Virus record (IMG/VR): IMGVR_UViG_3300045988_088152
Span: 1 to 64,000 of that record
DNA from: a virus
Direction: 5' to 3' (one strand)
DNA length: 64,000 nucleotides
The position numbers and the translations under genes were made by a program. Below, piece by piece: positions 49,556 through 58,223 of the stretch (the stretch's first letter is position 1; the number at the start of each line of letters is the position of its first letter). The notes beneath the pieces are model-generated. The model was not told the origin of the DNA and made no database searches. It worked only from the letters and a program-made list of their open reading frames with translations.

Positions 49556-50134
49556 TCAACCCAATATATCTCTTTCCATCCGCTCATTCACACAGGCAAG
49601 AATTTCATCTTCTGTGGCATATCTAAGTCCCATATCTTCATAAATTTTAGACATTTTTCTTGTGCAAGCAGGACTTAACATCTGAGCAAGAACACCAGCA
49701 TCTTCATTGATTTCTTCGGATAGTTCAGCAATAGTCAAATACGTCTTTCCATTGCAAACAACCGGCGTACCCGCACGTCCAGTTCTTGGTCTTTGTGCTT
49801 TCACAACATCATCTCTAATATCATCAGGTGTTACTTCTCGATAATTCATATGTTCCCCAAGATTTTGATTGTATCCATTCTCAGGAAGATACGAGCCTGT
49901 TTCTTGAATTAACATACCTTCGTAAAATCTTGCCTCGTCACGGGTTAAATTTTCTACAAGTATCTCATGTTTGAAATTTTTCCATCCATATTTCACTATA
50001 TCTTTCCAAAATCTCTGATTTGTTTGGTATCCAAAGCCATCGTTCCATCTTGTCACATAATTTTCAGCAATCCCATAATAGACCAAGCCGTTCTCTAAGT
50101 TTGTATGCTTATATACAACGTTATTATTTTCCAT
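49556..50134 (-). CDS. GIY-YIG homing endonuclease (free-standing)
   Basis: It has VYKHTN..NGLVYYGIA..R..GY..N..E. The C-terminal region GTPVVCNGKTYLTIAELSEEI looks like a DNA-binding module. Confidence 0.65.
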   Translation of the reverse strand: MENNNVVYKHTNLENGLVYYGIAENYVTRWNDGFGYQTNQRFWKDIVKYGWKNFKHEILVENLTRDEARFYEGMLIQETGSYLPENGYNQNLGEHMNYREVTPDDIRDDVVKAQRPRTGRAGTPVVCNGKTYLTIAELSEEINEDAGVLAQMLSPACTRKMSKIYEDMGLRYATEDEILACVNERMERDILG

Positions 50135-50278
50135 ATTTATCTCCTATCTATCAATTCTAAGAAAGAAAGTACCAAAGAAAGAAACAATGTATAAGTAAAT
50201 ACTAACGTATTTACTTATTTACTATATTATACCATATTTTCATCACTTTATCAAGTGGTAAAATAAAAAATTTTTCTA

Positions 50279-50307
50279 TTGACATTACATACTTTCTATG
50301 CTATAAT
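50279..50307 (+). promoter_or_regulatory. sigmaA-type promoter TTGACA-17-TATAAT
   Basis: Exact consensus hexamers with a 17-nt spacer. Confidence 0.6.
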
Positions 50308-50338
50308 ATCCATTAGTATATATAATAATATATAATTA

Positions 50339-50386
50339 CAATTTAACTATTATCTACTCATAAATTCGTAGATAATAGTTAAATTG
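50339..50386. repeat. perfect 19-bp inverted repeat (10-nt spacer) between two tandem promoters
   Basis: CAATTTAACTATTATCTAC-tcataaattc-GTAGATAATAGTTAAATTG. Confidence 0.85.
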
Positions 50387-50417
50387 ATGCGAAAAATCAA
50401 TTTGTCAAAAATTATGC

Positions 50418-50446
50418 TTGACAAGTGCAAATTGATGTGATATAAT
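50418..50446 (+). promoter_or_regulatory. sigmaA-type promoter TTGACA-17-TATAAT with extended -10 (TGA)
   Basis: gcTTGACAagtgcaaattgatgTGaTATAAT lies 20 nt upstream of the ribosome-binding site and ATG 50467. Confidence 0.65.
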
Positions 50447-50466
50447 CATGGCGTGAGGTGAGATAA

Positions 50467-50697
50467 ATGCCAAGAACAAAGAAAGTTAACGCCGTAGTCC
50501 AATATAGCGATACTGGCTGGATTATTAATGATTGCGGCAATGGACAATTTGAGCTATACAACACCAGCACTAAGCAGATTTTAGCAAAGAGCAATAATCC
50601 ATTGGATTTTGATAAGCATATAGACACAATTTTTGGCAAGGAGGCGGCTAAGCATGTTCGAGATTTTCAAGCTGAGCAAGAAGAAGAAAGAGCTTGA
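50467..50697 (+). CDS. hypothetical early protein
   Basis: GAGGTGA ribosome-binding site. It is the first gene after the promoter. Confidence 0.5.
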   Translation: MPRTKKVNAVVQYSDTGWIINDCGNGQFELYNTSTKQILAKSNNPLDFDKHIDTIFGKEAAKHVRDFQAEQEEERA

Positions 50698-51823
50698 AGA
50701 ACAAATTGCTCAACTCAAAGCAGATATTTCTAGTATGCAAACAGAAATTGATAACTATGACGAACATCAGCAAATTGCGGCGCATCAATACGAAAACACC
50801 ATGCGCTCTGCAAAGGCGGCTCAATCCGTCCTTGATGCACTAAATGGTAAAATCCATGCTATTGAAGAAATGCAGGATTATAATATCCCGTATTATCAGG
50901 ATTCGCTAGATGAACTTGAGCATAAGCGCTATGAGCTACAAAGCAAAATTGAATCTGCTGTAGATACTGGTCTATATCGCATTGAGCAAGGATATACACT
51001 CAATGATTCTGCTAGACGTGGTAAAGAAATGCAGGATGTATATGGGCGTGGATTGTGTTATGCTATGTCAGGATATATTGATAGCAAAGAAAAATCTGTC
51101 ACAACAGGCAATATTGCTAAAAGCAAAGAATTGATTAAGAATAAATTTAATTCTTATCAGTCTAAAGCAAATAAAGTTGGATTAGCGCTTAATGCTGAAT
51201 ATGTCAAAGCGCGGCTTGATATACTAGATATTAACTTAGCTATCAAAGTCAAACAGAAAGAAGAAAAAGCTCGAATTCGTGAAGAAAAGCGTAGATTGAG
51301 AGAACAAGAGCAGTTGCTTGCTGATATTGCTAGAGAGCGCGCAAAGTTGCTAGAAGAAAAGAAAGCAATGAATATTGCGTTTGATAAGGCACTGACAAAT
51401 GATGAGCGTAATAAGATCAAATCTCAATTAGCTAGTATCGACAAGCGTCTCGATTCTATTGCTTATCGTGAGTCGCATAGCAAGGCTGGTTGGCTATATG
51501 TCATTAGTTCACCTAGCCTGCCCGGATTAGTGAAGTTAGGTTGCACCAGAAGATTGAATCCTGCATTGAGAGTGCGCGAACTCAGCTCAAGCAGTTTGCC
51601 AGAACCATATCATGCTCATTGTTTCGTATTTAGCGACGACTGCTTTGAGCTAGAAAATAATATCCATAAATATTTTGACAAAGAGCGGGTCAACCCTGAT
51701 AGAGAATTTTTTCGTATCGAGCCAAAAGAGGCTATTGATGTGTTAAAAGAAATTTTCAACGTAGATGTCCATTTTGTAGATGAAGATTGCAATGAAAACG
51801 AGGAGGATGAATATGCGAGTTAA
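50654..51823 (+). CDS. DUF4041-like coiled-coil protein with a C-terminal T5orf172/MUG113 (GIY-YIG superfamily) domain
   Basis: ATG 50654 follows AAGGAGG. The C-terminus reads GWLYVISSPSLPGLVKLGCTRR..R..EL..FF, typical of T5orf172. Confidence 0.6.
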   Translation: MFEIFKLSKKKKELEEQIAQLKADISSMQTEIDNYDEHQQIAAHQYENTMRSAKAAQSVLDALNGKIHAIEEMQDYNIPYYQDSLDELEHKRYELQSKIESAVDTGLYRIEQGYTLNDSARRGKEMQDVYGRGLCYAMSGYIDSKEKSVTTGNIAKSKELIKNKFNSYQSKANKVGLALNAEYVKARLDILDINLAIKVKQKEEKARIREEKRRLREQEQLLADIARERAKLLEEKKAMNIAFDKALTNDERNKIKSQLASIDKRLDSIAYRESHSKAGWLYVISSPSLPGLVKLGCTRRLNPALRVRELSSSSLPEPYHAHCFVFSDDCFELENNIHKYFDKERVNPDREFFRIEPKEAIDVLKEIFNVDVHFVDEDCNENEEDEYAS

Positions 51824-51971
51824 ATTCAAAGACCCTATGTTTACCAATGTATATACAGTTTACAATGTTAGAGATAATAAAAGTGGATATCCTCATTTCT
51901 TGCTTTATATCGGTAGACAATGGAGATATATTAGTGCAAAATATTTTATTCCGATCGAGGAGGATGAATAA
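51813..51971 (+). CDS. hypothetical small protein
   Basis: ATG follows the GAGGAGGATGAAT cassette. Confidence 0.45.
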   Translation: MRVKFKDPMFTNVYTVYNVRDNKSGYPHFLLYIGRQWRYISAKYFIPIEEDE

Positions 51972-52271
51972 ATGAGCGTATATGTATATGAAAGCCATCT
52001 TGGTGGACTTTATACGTCAGATGATTATATTCCGTCTGATGAATTATATTGTGAGCAATGTGATGACAGCGATTATGAAATTGGCTCATTTGATACATTT
52101 GAAGAATTTCTTAGATATTATGCAGACAATATCTATGTCGACCCGTTGGATGGAGGATATAGCCTTGATTTAGTTATCTCAGATGTGGGTTATGCTTTTG
52201 ATGATGATTTGGCAAAAGAAGAAGCCGCAAATATTGTCAGAACAGCGAAGAAAGAAATGGAGGATGAATAA
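51972..52271 (+). CDS. hypothetical very acidic protein
   Basis: ATG follows the GGAGGATGAATAA cassette. The protein is D/E/Y-rich. Confidence 0.5.
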   Translation: MSVYVYESHLGGLYTSDDYIPSDELYCEQCDDSDYEIGSFDTFEEFLRYYADNIYVDPLDGGYSLDLVISDVGYAFDDDLAKEEAANIVRTAKKEMEDE

Positions 52272-52478
52272 ATGATTATCTATACTTGTCCTAAATGTGG
52301 TGGTGATGTTTATCATAATTATATTTCGCTTATTGATATATGGGCTTGCCTAGATTGTGACTGGCGGTATGAAGTGCCAGATAAACTTGAATATCGCCCA
52401 TTCGAGCAAATTAAAATTAAATCAGATGAAGATTGGACACTATATGAAGCGCTTGATAATGTAATGACGAATGGATAA
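52272..52478 (+). CDS. small zinc-ribbon protein
   Basis: It has CPKCGG..CLDCDW and uses the same ribosome-binding-site cassette. Confidence 0.5.
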   Translation: MIIYTCPKCGGDVYHNYISLIDIWACLDCDWRYEVPDKLEYRPFEQIKIKSDEDWTLYEALDNVMTNG

Positions 52479-52493
52479 GGAGGATGAACAAAT

Positions 52494-53030
52494 ATGACAA
52501 GAGAAATGATGATTGACGCACTTATGTTGTATTGTGACAGATATGAAAAATGTGATAATTGTGAATTAAAAAATTTGTACGATGAAGAAGTAAATCTTTT
52601 TACAAATGATCGTGGATGCGCATTTGATGGAATGAGCGATGATATGCTCAATAAATGCTATAACTGGTATAAAGAACTAGACCCAGCAGCTTGTGAAAAT
52701 GCTGAAGGTGAATGTTGTAATGTTGAGCCTGATGACCTCAAATTACATATTGAACCAAAGGTGGCACGGCATTATGCAATCTGCCAGAAGCTTAATCAGG
52801 TATATAAAGCAAAGAACCATGATTATGGTGATTCATTTGGTGACACATACAAAAAACTCGGCATTATCAGTGCTGTGACTCGTCTTAGTGATAAGATGAA
52901 CCGGCTCATGTCGCTTGCTGTATCGCATGATGCACAGGTCAAAGATGAAAAGATTGAGGACACGTTGCTTGATATGACTAATTATGCTATTATGACGTTA
53001 ATTGAATTGGGATATGAACCAGAGAATTAA
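52494..53030 (+). CDS. DUF1599-like (all-alpha, MazG-like NTP-pyrophosphohydrolase-related) protein
   Basis: It has the signature KNHDYGDSF..G..RLSDKMNRL..EDTLLDMTNYA. Confidence 0.5.
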   Translation: MTREMMIDALMLYCDRYEKCDNCELKNLYDEEVNLFTNDRGCAFDGMSDDMLNKCYNWYKELDPAACENAEGECCNVEPDDLKLHIEPKVARHYAICQKLNQVYKAKNHDYGDSFGDTYKKLGIISAVTRLSDKMNRLMSLAVSHDAQVKDEKIEDTLLDMTNYAIMTLIELGYEPEN

Positions 53031-53430
53031 GCGCGGCATTGAATCGGCTTGTAGAGCAAGCAAAGAATCTGAATTTCCCAGATACCATCTCGGCGCAGCT
53101 CTGTACTATAAGGGCGTATTGCTTGCTACAGGATGCAACAGCACCAAAACAAGCCCGTTACAAAAAAGATTAAATAAAGAACGTGGATTTGATCCTAATG
53201 GAACCGGGGTTAATAATTCACTACATGCAGAGATCCATGCACTTAATAAGGTAAAATATTTAGATATTGACTTTAGTAAAGCAGTGCTTTATATATATCG
53301 TGAATGCGCAAATGGCAACAAAGCAATGGCCCGTCCATGCCCTGCTTGTATGAAATATATAAAAGAATTGGGAATTAAGCATATTTGCTATAGTACGGCT
53401 GATGGGATTGCCAAAGAAAGGATTGATTAA
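53002..53430 (+). CDS. dCMP/cytidine deaminase-family zinc enzyme
   Basis: HAEIHAL..PCPACMKYI zinc-binding motifs (H-A-E, PC..C) are present. Confidence 0.75.
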   Translation: MNWDMNQRIKRGIESACRASKESEFPRYHLGAALYYKGVLLATGCNSTKTSPLQKRLNKERGFDPNGTGVNNSLHAEIHALNKVKYLDIDFSKAVLYIYRECANGNKAMARPCPACMKYIKELGIKHICYSTADGIAKERID

Positions 53431-53613
53431 ATGAAATATATTAATCAAGATTATATAGAAATCAAGCCAATCGAATGTGCTGGATGTGACTATTACCAAA
53501 TTGGCACAGATGCGTGGAATATCGTTGTTGGACTTGGTGGATTGGTTAATATGGCAAATCAAGCTAATAAAATTATTGAAAATTACATAAATAAACTTGA
53601 GACGGAGGATTAA
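53431..53613 (+). CDS. hypothetical small protein
   Basis: Coupled ORF (TAAATG). Confidence 0.4.
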   Translation: MKYINQDYIEIKPIECAGCDYYQIGTDAWNIVVGLGGLVNMANQANKIIENYINKLETED

Positions 53614-53614
53614 A

Positions 53615-53842
53615 ATGGAGAAAAATAGGATGGCTGAACTGAAACCATGTCCGTTTTGCGGGGGTATGGCTCTAATAAACGACGACCCTTATGCGGTTGA
53701 GGATACAGAAGACCGGTATTGGGCATTTAATATTGTATGTAGTAAATGCTGTGCAACATCTGGACTTGCATACTCGATTGAAATGGCTATCGAAGCATGG
53801 AATAGGAGAGTTGATAATGATTTGGCATTATCCAACGCTTAA
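53615..53842 (+). CDS. Lar-family restriction-alleviation-like zinc protein
   Basis: ATG follows a GGAGGA ribosome-binding site. LKPCPFCGG..C..CC..A..AIEAWNRR is the Lar-like signature. Confidence 0.55.
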   Translation: MEKNRMAELKPCPFCGGMALINDDPYAVEDTEDRYWAFNIVCSKCCATSGLAYSIEMAIEAWNRRVDNDLALSNA

Positions 53843-54095
53843 AGATGATGGGTGGTATCCATCTAAAGACCACGTTTGTCCTGTTGGTGGAGCATATCAT
53901 ATCTTACAAATGAAAGAAACTCCCAATAACCTGTATTCGTATAACGATGATGATTTTATTGTCGCTTATTACAACAATCTACTAGAATGTTGGGAAACAG
54001 AGAGTTACATGGATTATATTCAATGGGAAGATGTAAAACGCTGGTGTGTTCTCACAGATAGAGAAGGTGATCCGGTAAAAGATATGGAGGGCTGA
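53817..54095 (+). CDS. hypothetical protein
   Basis: ATG 53817 follows an AGGAGAG ribosome-binding site. Confidence 0.45.
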   Translation: MIWHYPTLKDDGWYPSKDHVCPVGGAYHILQMKETPNNLYSYNDDDFIVAYYNNLLECWETESYMDYIQWEDVKRWCVLTDREGDPVKDMEG

Positions 54096-54098
54096 TAA

Positions 54099-54356
54099 AT
54101 GCGACTAATTGACGCTGATAAATTAGTGGATATGCTATACGATAATGAGTACACTATACTTTGCCCATTGGACGAGGTGAGTGGCGTTGTTGATGCTTGT
54201 CAAACCGTTGATGCTGTACCAGTTGTAAGATGTAAAAATTGTACCTATTTTAGAACGAATGATGAAAATGTGCCATATTGTCTTAATCCATTTGGATTAG
54301 ATGACCCTGAACCAAATGGATTTTGTAGTTATGGGAGAAAGAAAAATGTGGATTAA
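54099..54356 (+). CDS. hypothetical Cys-containing protein
   Basis: ORF preceded by a GGAGGG ribosome-binding site. Confidence 0.45.
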   Translation: MRLIDADKLVDMLYDNEYTILCPLDEVSGVVDACQTVDAVPVVRCKNCTYFRTNDENVPYCLNPFGLDDPEPNGFCSYGRKKNVD

Positions 54357-54642
54357 ATTCAAACGTTGGTTGATTAGGAAATTGGGCGGTTATGTCGCGC
54401 CATGTATCAAATGTAATGAATATAAAAATACTCTTATTGACATAACTCGTCCAGTTGAGACAATTATGGCTATGTATCGAATTGATGACCTGACATGGAC
54501 TAATCGCGATGATGCTCATGATGTTATTGAAAACGCAATTAGGTACGATATTGGAAGTCGTATAATGCACGGTGAATATATTAAATTAACCGAGCATGAT
54601 GGTTGTATATATGGAAGTTTGAAGGTGGTGAGACAAGTATGA
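54346..54642 (+). CDS. hypothetical protein
   Basis: ATG 54346 follows a GGGAGA ribosome-binding site. Confidence 0.4.
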   Translation: MWIKFKRWLIRKLGGYVAPCIKCNEYKNTLIDITRPVETIMAMYRIDDLTWTNRDDAHDVIENAIRYDIGSRIMHGEYIKLTEHDGCIYGSLKVVRQV

Positions 54643-54947
54643 AAATTACAATAAATACAAACGAAGTATCAGTATGTGATGGATGCTCGAATTGGCGTAT
54701 CTGCAAATTTAGTGAAGATGTGAAACGAGCTGAAACAGAATATAAACAACTAAGAGAAAATGCAAATTGGCCTGAATGTGTAGAAACGACGCTAGGGTGT
54801 AAATATAAACAATTTGTGACAAATTGGTGTAGTACCGAGATTTGTGCTGGTCAAAAATACAAGCTCGATAGAGTAACATATGTGATCTCAGGCAACCCGT
54901 CAGCCATTTATAATAATGAAGATTCAGCTTGGAATGCAATAGAATAA
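54639..54947 (+). CDS. hypothetical protein
   Basis: ATG 54639 follows GGTGGTGAG and overlaps the upstream stop (ATGA). Confidence 0.45.
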   Translation: MKITINTNEVSVCDGCSNWRICKFSEDVKRAETEYKQLRENANWPECVETTLGCKYKQFVTNWCSTEICAGQKYKLDRVTYVISGNPSAIYNNEDSAWNAIE

Positions 54948-54951
54948 AATG

Positions 54952-55010
54952 AAATCTGCCCCAAGACCCTATGTATGTGTTATAGGGAAATAAATTGGGG
55001 CAGATTTTTT
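54952..55010. terminator. bidirectional terminator (12-bp stem with a nested hairpin)
   Basis: AAATCTGCCCCA..TGGGGCAGATTT followed by TTT. It lies between convergent genes ending at 54947 (+) and 55009 (-). Confidence 0.7.
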
Positions 55011-56055
55011 ATTGATTGCACTTTTCACTTGCAACCAAATCCTTGAGCTTGTCGCTCTGCTTATTGTTCATATTGATGTCGACAAATTCGCGCCGCTGTT
55101 TGCCCGTGATACAACTAAGCTGGCTGGTCTGAATAATCTTAGCACAAGCCTCTTTATTGATTTTCTCAAAGCTGGGATAATGCTCATAGACATCTAATAG
55201 TCGGTTAGCTATCCATTCCTTTGTAGCTGGCTTGATGATATAAACCTCTTTAACTTTGACATATTCGCCGCCAAATGCCTCTAGGGTTAATTGAGCAAGT
55301 CGCGCCTCAAATGCTTTATATTGCTCTGTGGACACATATGGTTTATAGACCCTATTATCTATGACCTTGCCCCAATTTGGCGGCATTATCTCATTGACGG
55401 CTTTAGAATATATTGATAGGCAGATTTGATGGTCTTGGCTATCTTCTGGAACATCGTATGTTTCGAGCCATGTTTCTTTTCCCTCTGGGTTGCTTCTTTG
55501 CTTATAGAGCCGATAGCCTCTATTCAAGTCTATAACATAACGGTTCTTCATGGTTAGCAATTTGCGCCTAGTCCATTGAGCAAGGATATTATATATAACG
55601 CCATTAACCAAACTCATATAGCCATAATGCTCTGAATTTTCTACGGCTTGGCTATATGTATAGCTGAAATTATCATTAACCTCTTGGAACATTCTGAGTA
55701 GATTGCTGGTTGACGCATATATGGTGGCGCAGTTTGTCTTTAGAAATATTTGATAAAGGGCGGCTTCAAATGCGGCTTGGTATGAATCTTTATCTAGTTC
55801 ATTGATAAGTGCGTCTGCTTCAGGATAGACCTCTTGGACAATATAGCGGGTTGGATAAACATTGTCTACTGTATCTAGCTGGCAGTAGTTGCGGATTTTA
55901 TCTAGCTGAGAAGCACGAGAGCCGCCATCTCTTGGAGGCATATCAATGGCTTTACATAATTCACGATATTTCAATTCGCGCCCTTCTATTTTGATTAGAG
56001 CATTGACCAGCTTGCCATCTTCATTGGATGGCAGGTATTTTATTTTGTTTGGCAT
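55009..56055 (-). CDS. hypothetical protein, candidate DNA-binding or initiator protein next to the iteron region
   Basis: ATG 56055 follows an AAAGGAAA ribosome-binding site. There is no recognisable catalytic motif. The function is inferred only from adjacency to the repeats. Confidence 0.3.
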   Translation of the reverse strand: MPNKIKYLPSNEDGKLVNALIKIEGRELKYRELCKAIDMPPRDGGSRASQLDKIRNYCQLDTVDNVYPTRYIVQEVYPEADALINELDKDSYQAAFEAALYQIFLKTNCATIYASTSNLLRMFQEVNDNFSYTYSQAVENSEHYGYMSLVNGVIYNILAQWTRRKLLTMKNRYVIDLNRGYRLYKQRSNPEGKETWLETYDVPEDSQDHQICLSIYSKAVNEIMPPNWGKVIDNRVYKPYVSTEQYKAFEARLAQLTLEAFGGEYVKVKEVYIIKPATKEWIANRLLDVYEHYPSFEKINKEACAKIIQTSQLSCITGKQRREFVDINMNNKQSDKLKDLVASEKCNQ

Positions 56056-56646
56056 ATTATTTCCTTTCTGTAACAATTTTGTAATACTCGGACTTTCAGG
56101 GGTCGTCACTCGGACTTTGCGTGACACTATGATAATACTAGCGTATTATATTACATTCACGGAAAATCCGAGTCCATTTCGCCCATATAAAATATAGCAA
56201 TTTTTAACATCATCATATTATCATTATCTAATTATACCATATTCTAAGCATTTATTTGTTAATAAATTGTAAATTATTATAACTTAGATTCTGCTATTTA
56301 ATTTTAGCAGACTTTGAGTTAAGTTGAGCTGGTTGTGTGATAATTGCTAAAATGTATGTGGCATTACAGGTTATGTGATTTGTTGTGCTAAATGCCAATT
56401 TCTTCCATTTCTACCATTCTCATCCATAACCATGCCCCGGTACTGGAAAATGCTGTCAGTACAAAAAAACGCCGGTAAATATAGCTTTGTGGGCGTATCG
56501 CCTTATTTTACTTGCATATGATACCATACGGTATCATTTTCGGCATTATCGAATAAAAAATCGAAAATGGCGGATCGGAATTGATAGTTCAAAATTGAAT
56601 ATGTAGCATGCTACGTGTTACACGTATCGCATTTTTTGGTAAACAC

Positions 56647-56927
56647 CATTTACCCCACCATAGTAAACCTCATTTACTATCATTTACCTTATTATCCATA
56701 TTATACTAACCATTATATCATATTACTATATCTGATATACCACACAAGATACAATGATATTCAATACAATTATATCGATATCTAAATACTGTTACCATTA
56801 TGTAACACTTTTGTAACTATTATAATCAGTACAATATATAGATACAATCTATCGATAAAAACATACAATAGTCAATATCGATATAATTATATCTATATAA
56901 CTATTAAGATATTGTACTAATAAGCAA
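56647..56927. repeat. iteron-like repeat cluster in an AT-rich non-coding DNA (candidate origin or partition site)
   Basis: CATTTAC occurs 3 times (56647, 56671, 56681). ATACAAT occurs 4 times (56749, 56764, 56842, 56863), with GTACAAT at 56829 and inverted ATTGTAC at 56921. The palindromic core ATCGAT occurs 3 times (56774, 56851, 56877). Confidence 0.6.
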
Positions 56928-57326
56928 TGAATGGATAATCATGCAGTATATACATATCATAACTATACAAGAATTAATACAATTCTAGCATATTCTAATT
57001 TTCTAGTCGCATATTATAGCTATTTACCTATAAAACAATGAATATTGAAACTATATAAAATATGAATAACGGAATACTTTTCTTTGCCGTATGATTTCAC
57101 GGCTCGACCCAAAAACGGCGCTATGAAGCTTGTATGACCTCTCAGCGGTATTATAGACTTTTTGCCGTTGTCAAGTTATTATATACTATAATATATATAA
57201 TATCTGTTTCGTCAATTTGCATAAAATCAGCCGCATTTTTTGTGTAATATTTTTATAATGGATGGGTTGACTTTTTTAGTGTTTTGCTATATTATATAGA
57301 CAGACGGAAACGAAAGGAGTGATAAA

Positions 57327-57404
57327 ATGATAGCGGTACTTGAACGCATTGCCTACGCTCTTGAACGAATCGCAGAGCTTCTGGAAGAGCTTGTCAAGAA
57401 GTAA
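57327..57404 (+). CDS. 25-aa amphipathic leucine-rich peptide
   Basis: AAAGGAG ribosome-binding site 7 nt upstream. The peptide is MIAVLERIAYALERIAELLEELVKK. A TTGACT promoter-like element lies about 50 nt upstream. Confidence 0.35.
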   Translation: MIAVLERIAYALERIAELLEELVKK

Positions 57405-57568
57405 AGCAATGCAAGGGAAGGCGGTTGAAATACACCGCCGACCCTATACCGCTAAAATAAACAAAAACAATCAATCAATTTTGTACAATATGACGATTGA
57501 CATTATAAAAAATATCGGTTATACTTAAGGCACAAACAAACAAACAAACAAACAGGAGGAATAAAACA

Positions 57569-57781
57569 ATGAGAATTTATGAACTTGAAACCCAATTCGA
57601 CGCACGCAAGAGCTTTTACGGCAAAGCACATGTTATCGACTACGAAAACGGAACTTTGGAACTCCAGAGTTACAACACGATTGTTTCCAATTGTGTCAAT
57701 GGCAAAGTAGAAGAGCTCGGAAAATGGAGTAATACCACAACGCGCCACCAGAAAGAATTCCGTAAACAGTTTGAAAACTAA
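57569..57781 (+). CDS. hypothetical protein (GC-rich island)
   Basis: AGGAGGA ribosome-binding site. Confidence 0.5.
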   Translation: MRIYELETQFDARKSFYGKAHVIDYENGTLELQSYNTIVSNCVNGKVEELGKWSNTTTRHQKEFRKQFEN

Positions 57782-57800
57782 TATTTGAGGAGGAACAAAA

Positions 57801-58139
57801 ATGAAAAAAGAATGTAGAGAATACGCGCAGGGCGTCGCGGAAGAGATCGAAGCCATTTACAACGGCACGACGGAAGAGGAAAACGACGACGGCGAAAAGA
57901 AGAGTCTATATGACTATGTGGCAGACGCGCTCGATTTTGAAGCCATTTTGACCAGTACAAAAACGGTTAAAGCCGTTCGCTTGTATGTTACACTGGGCGG
58001 CCCGACTTGCTACGTTGATACGGAGTTGCACGCGGTTGTTTGCGCATGGGGCGGAGACCGGGAAGAATACCCGCTCGACTGGGACGCTTGCGACGAACTC
58101 GAAAGTATCATTGCTGAATATATGGAAATGGAACGTTAA
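57801..58139 (+). CDS. hypothetical acidic protein (GC-rich island)
   Basis: GAGGAGGA ribosome-binding site. Confidence 0.5.
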   Translation: MKKECREYAQGVAEEIEAIYNGTTEEENDDGEKKSLYDYVADALDFEAILTSTKTVKAVRLYVTLGGPTCYVDTELHAVVCAWGGDREEYPLDWDACDELESIIAEYMEMER

Positions 58140-58223
58140 ACATTTCCGTGCGGTTTTCTATGCCGTTTTCCGTAAAAAAGCGGCACTCCATGAACAAAAA
58201 AACATGAAAAGAGGTTTACAATT

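Noticed and set aside
57340-57528. ORF 57340-57528 (62 aa) as a gene.
   Set aside because: It has no ribosome-binding site. It overlaps, in another frame, the RBS-preceded 25-codon ORF at 57327-57404. It runs into the A/C-rich leader of the next gene.
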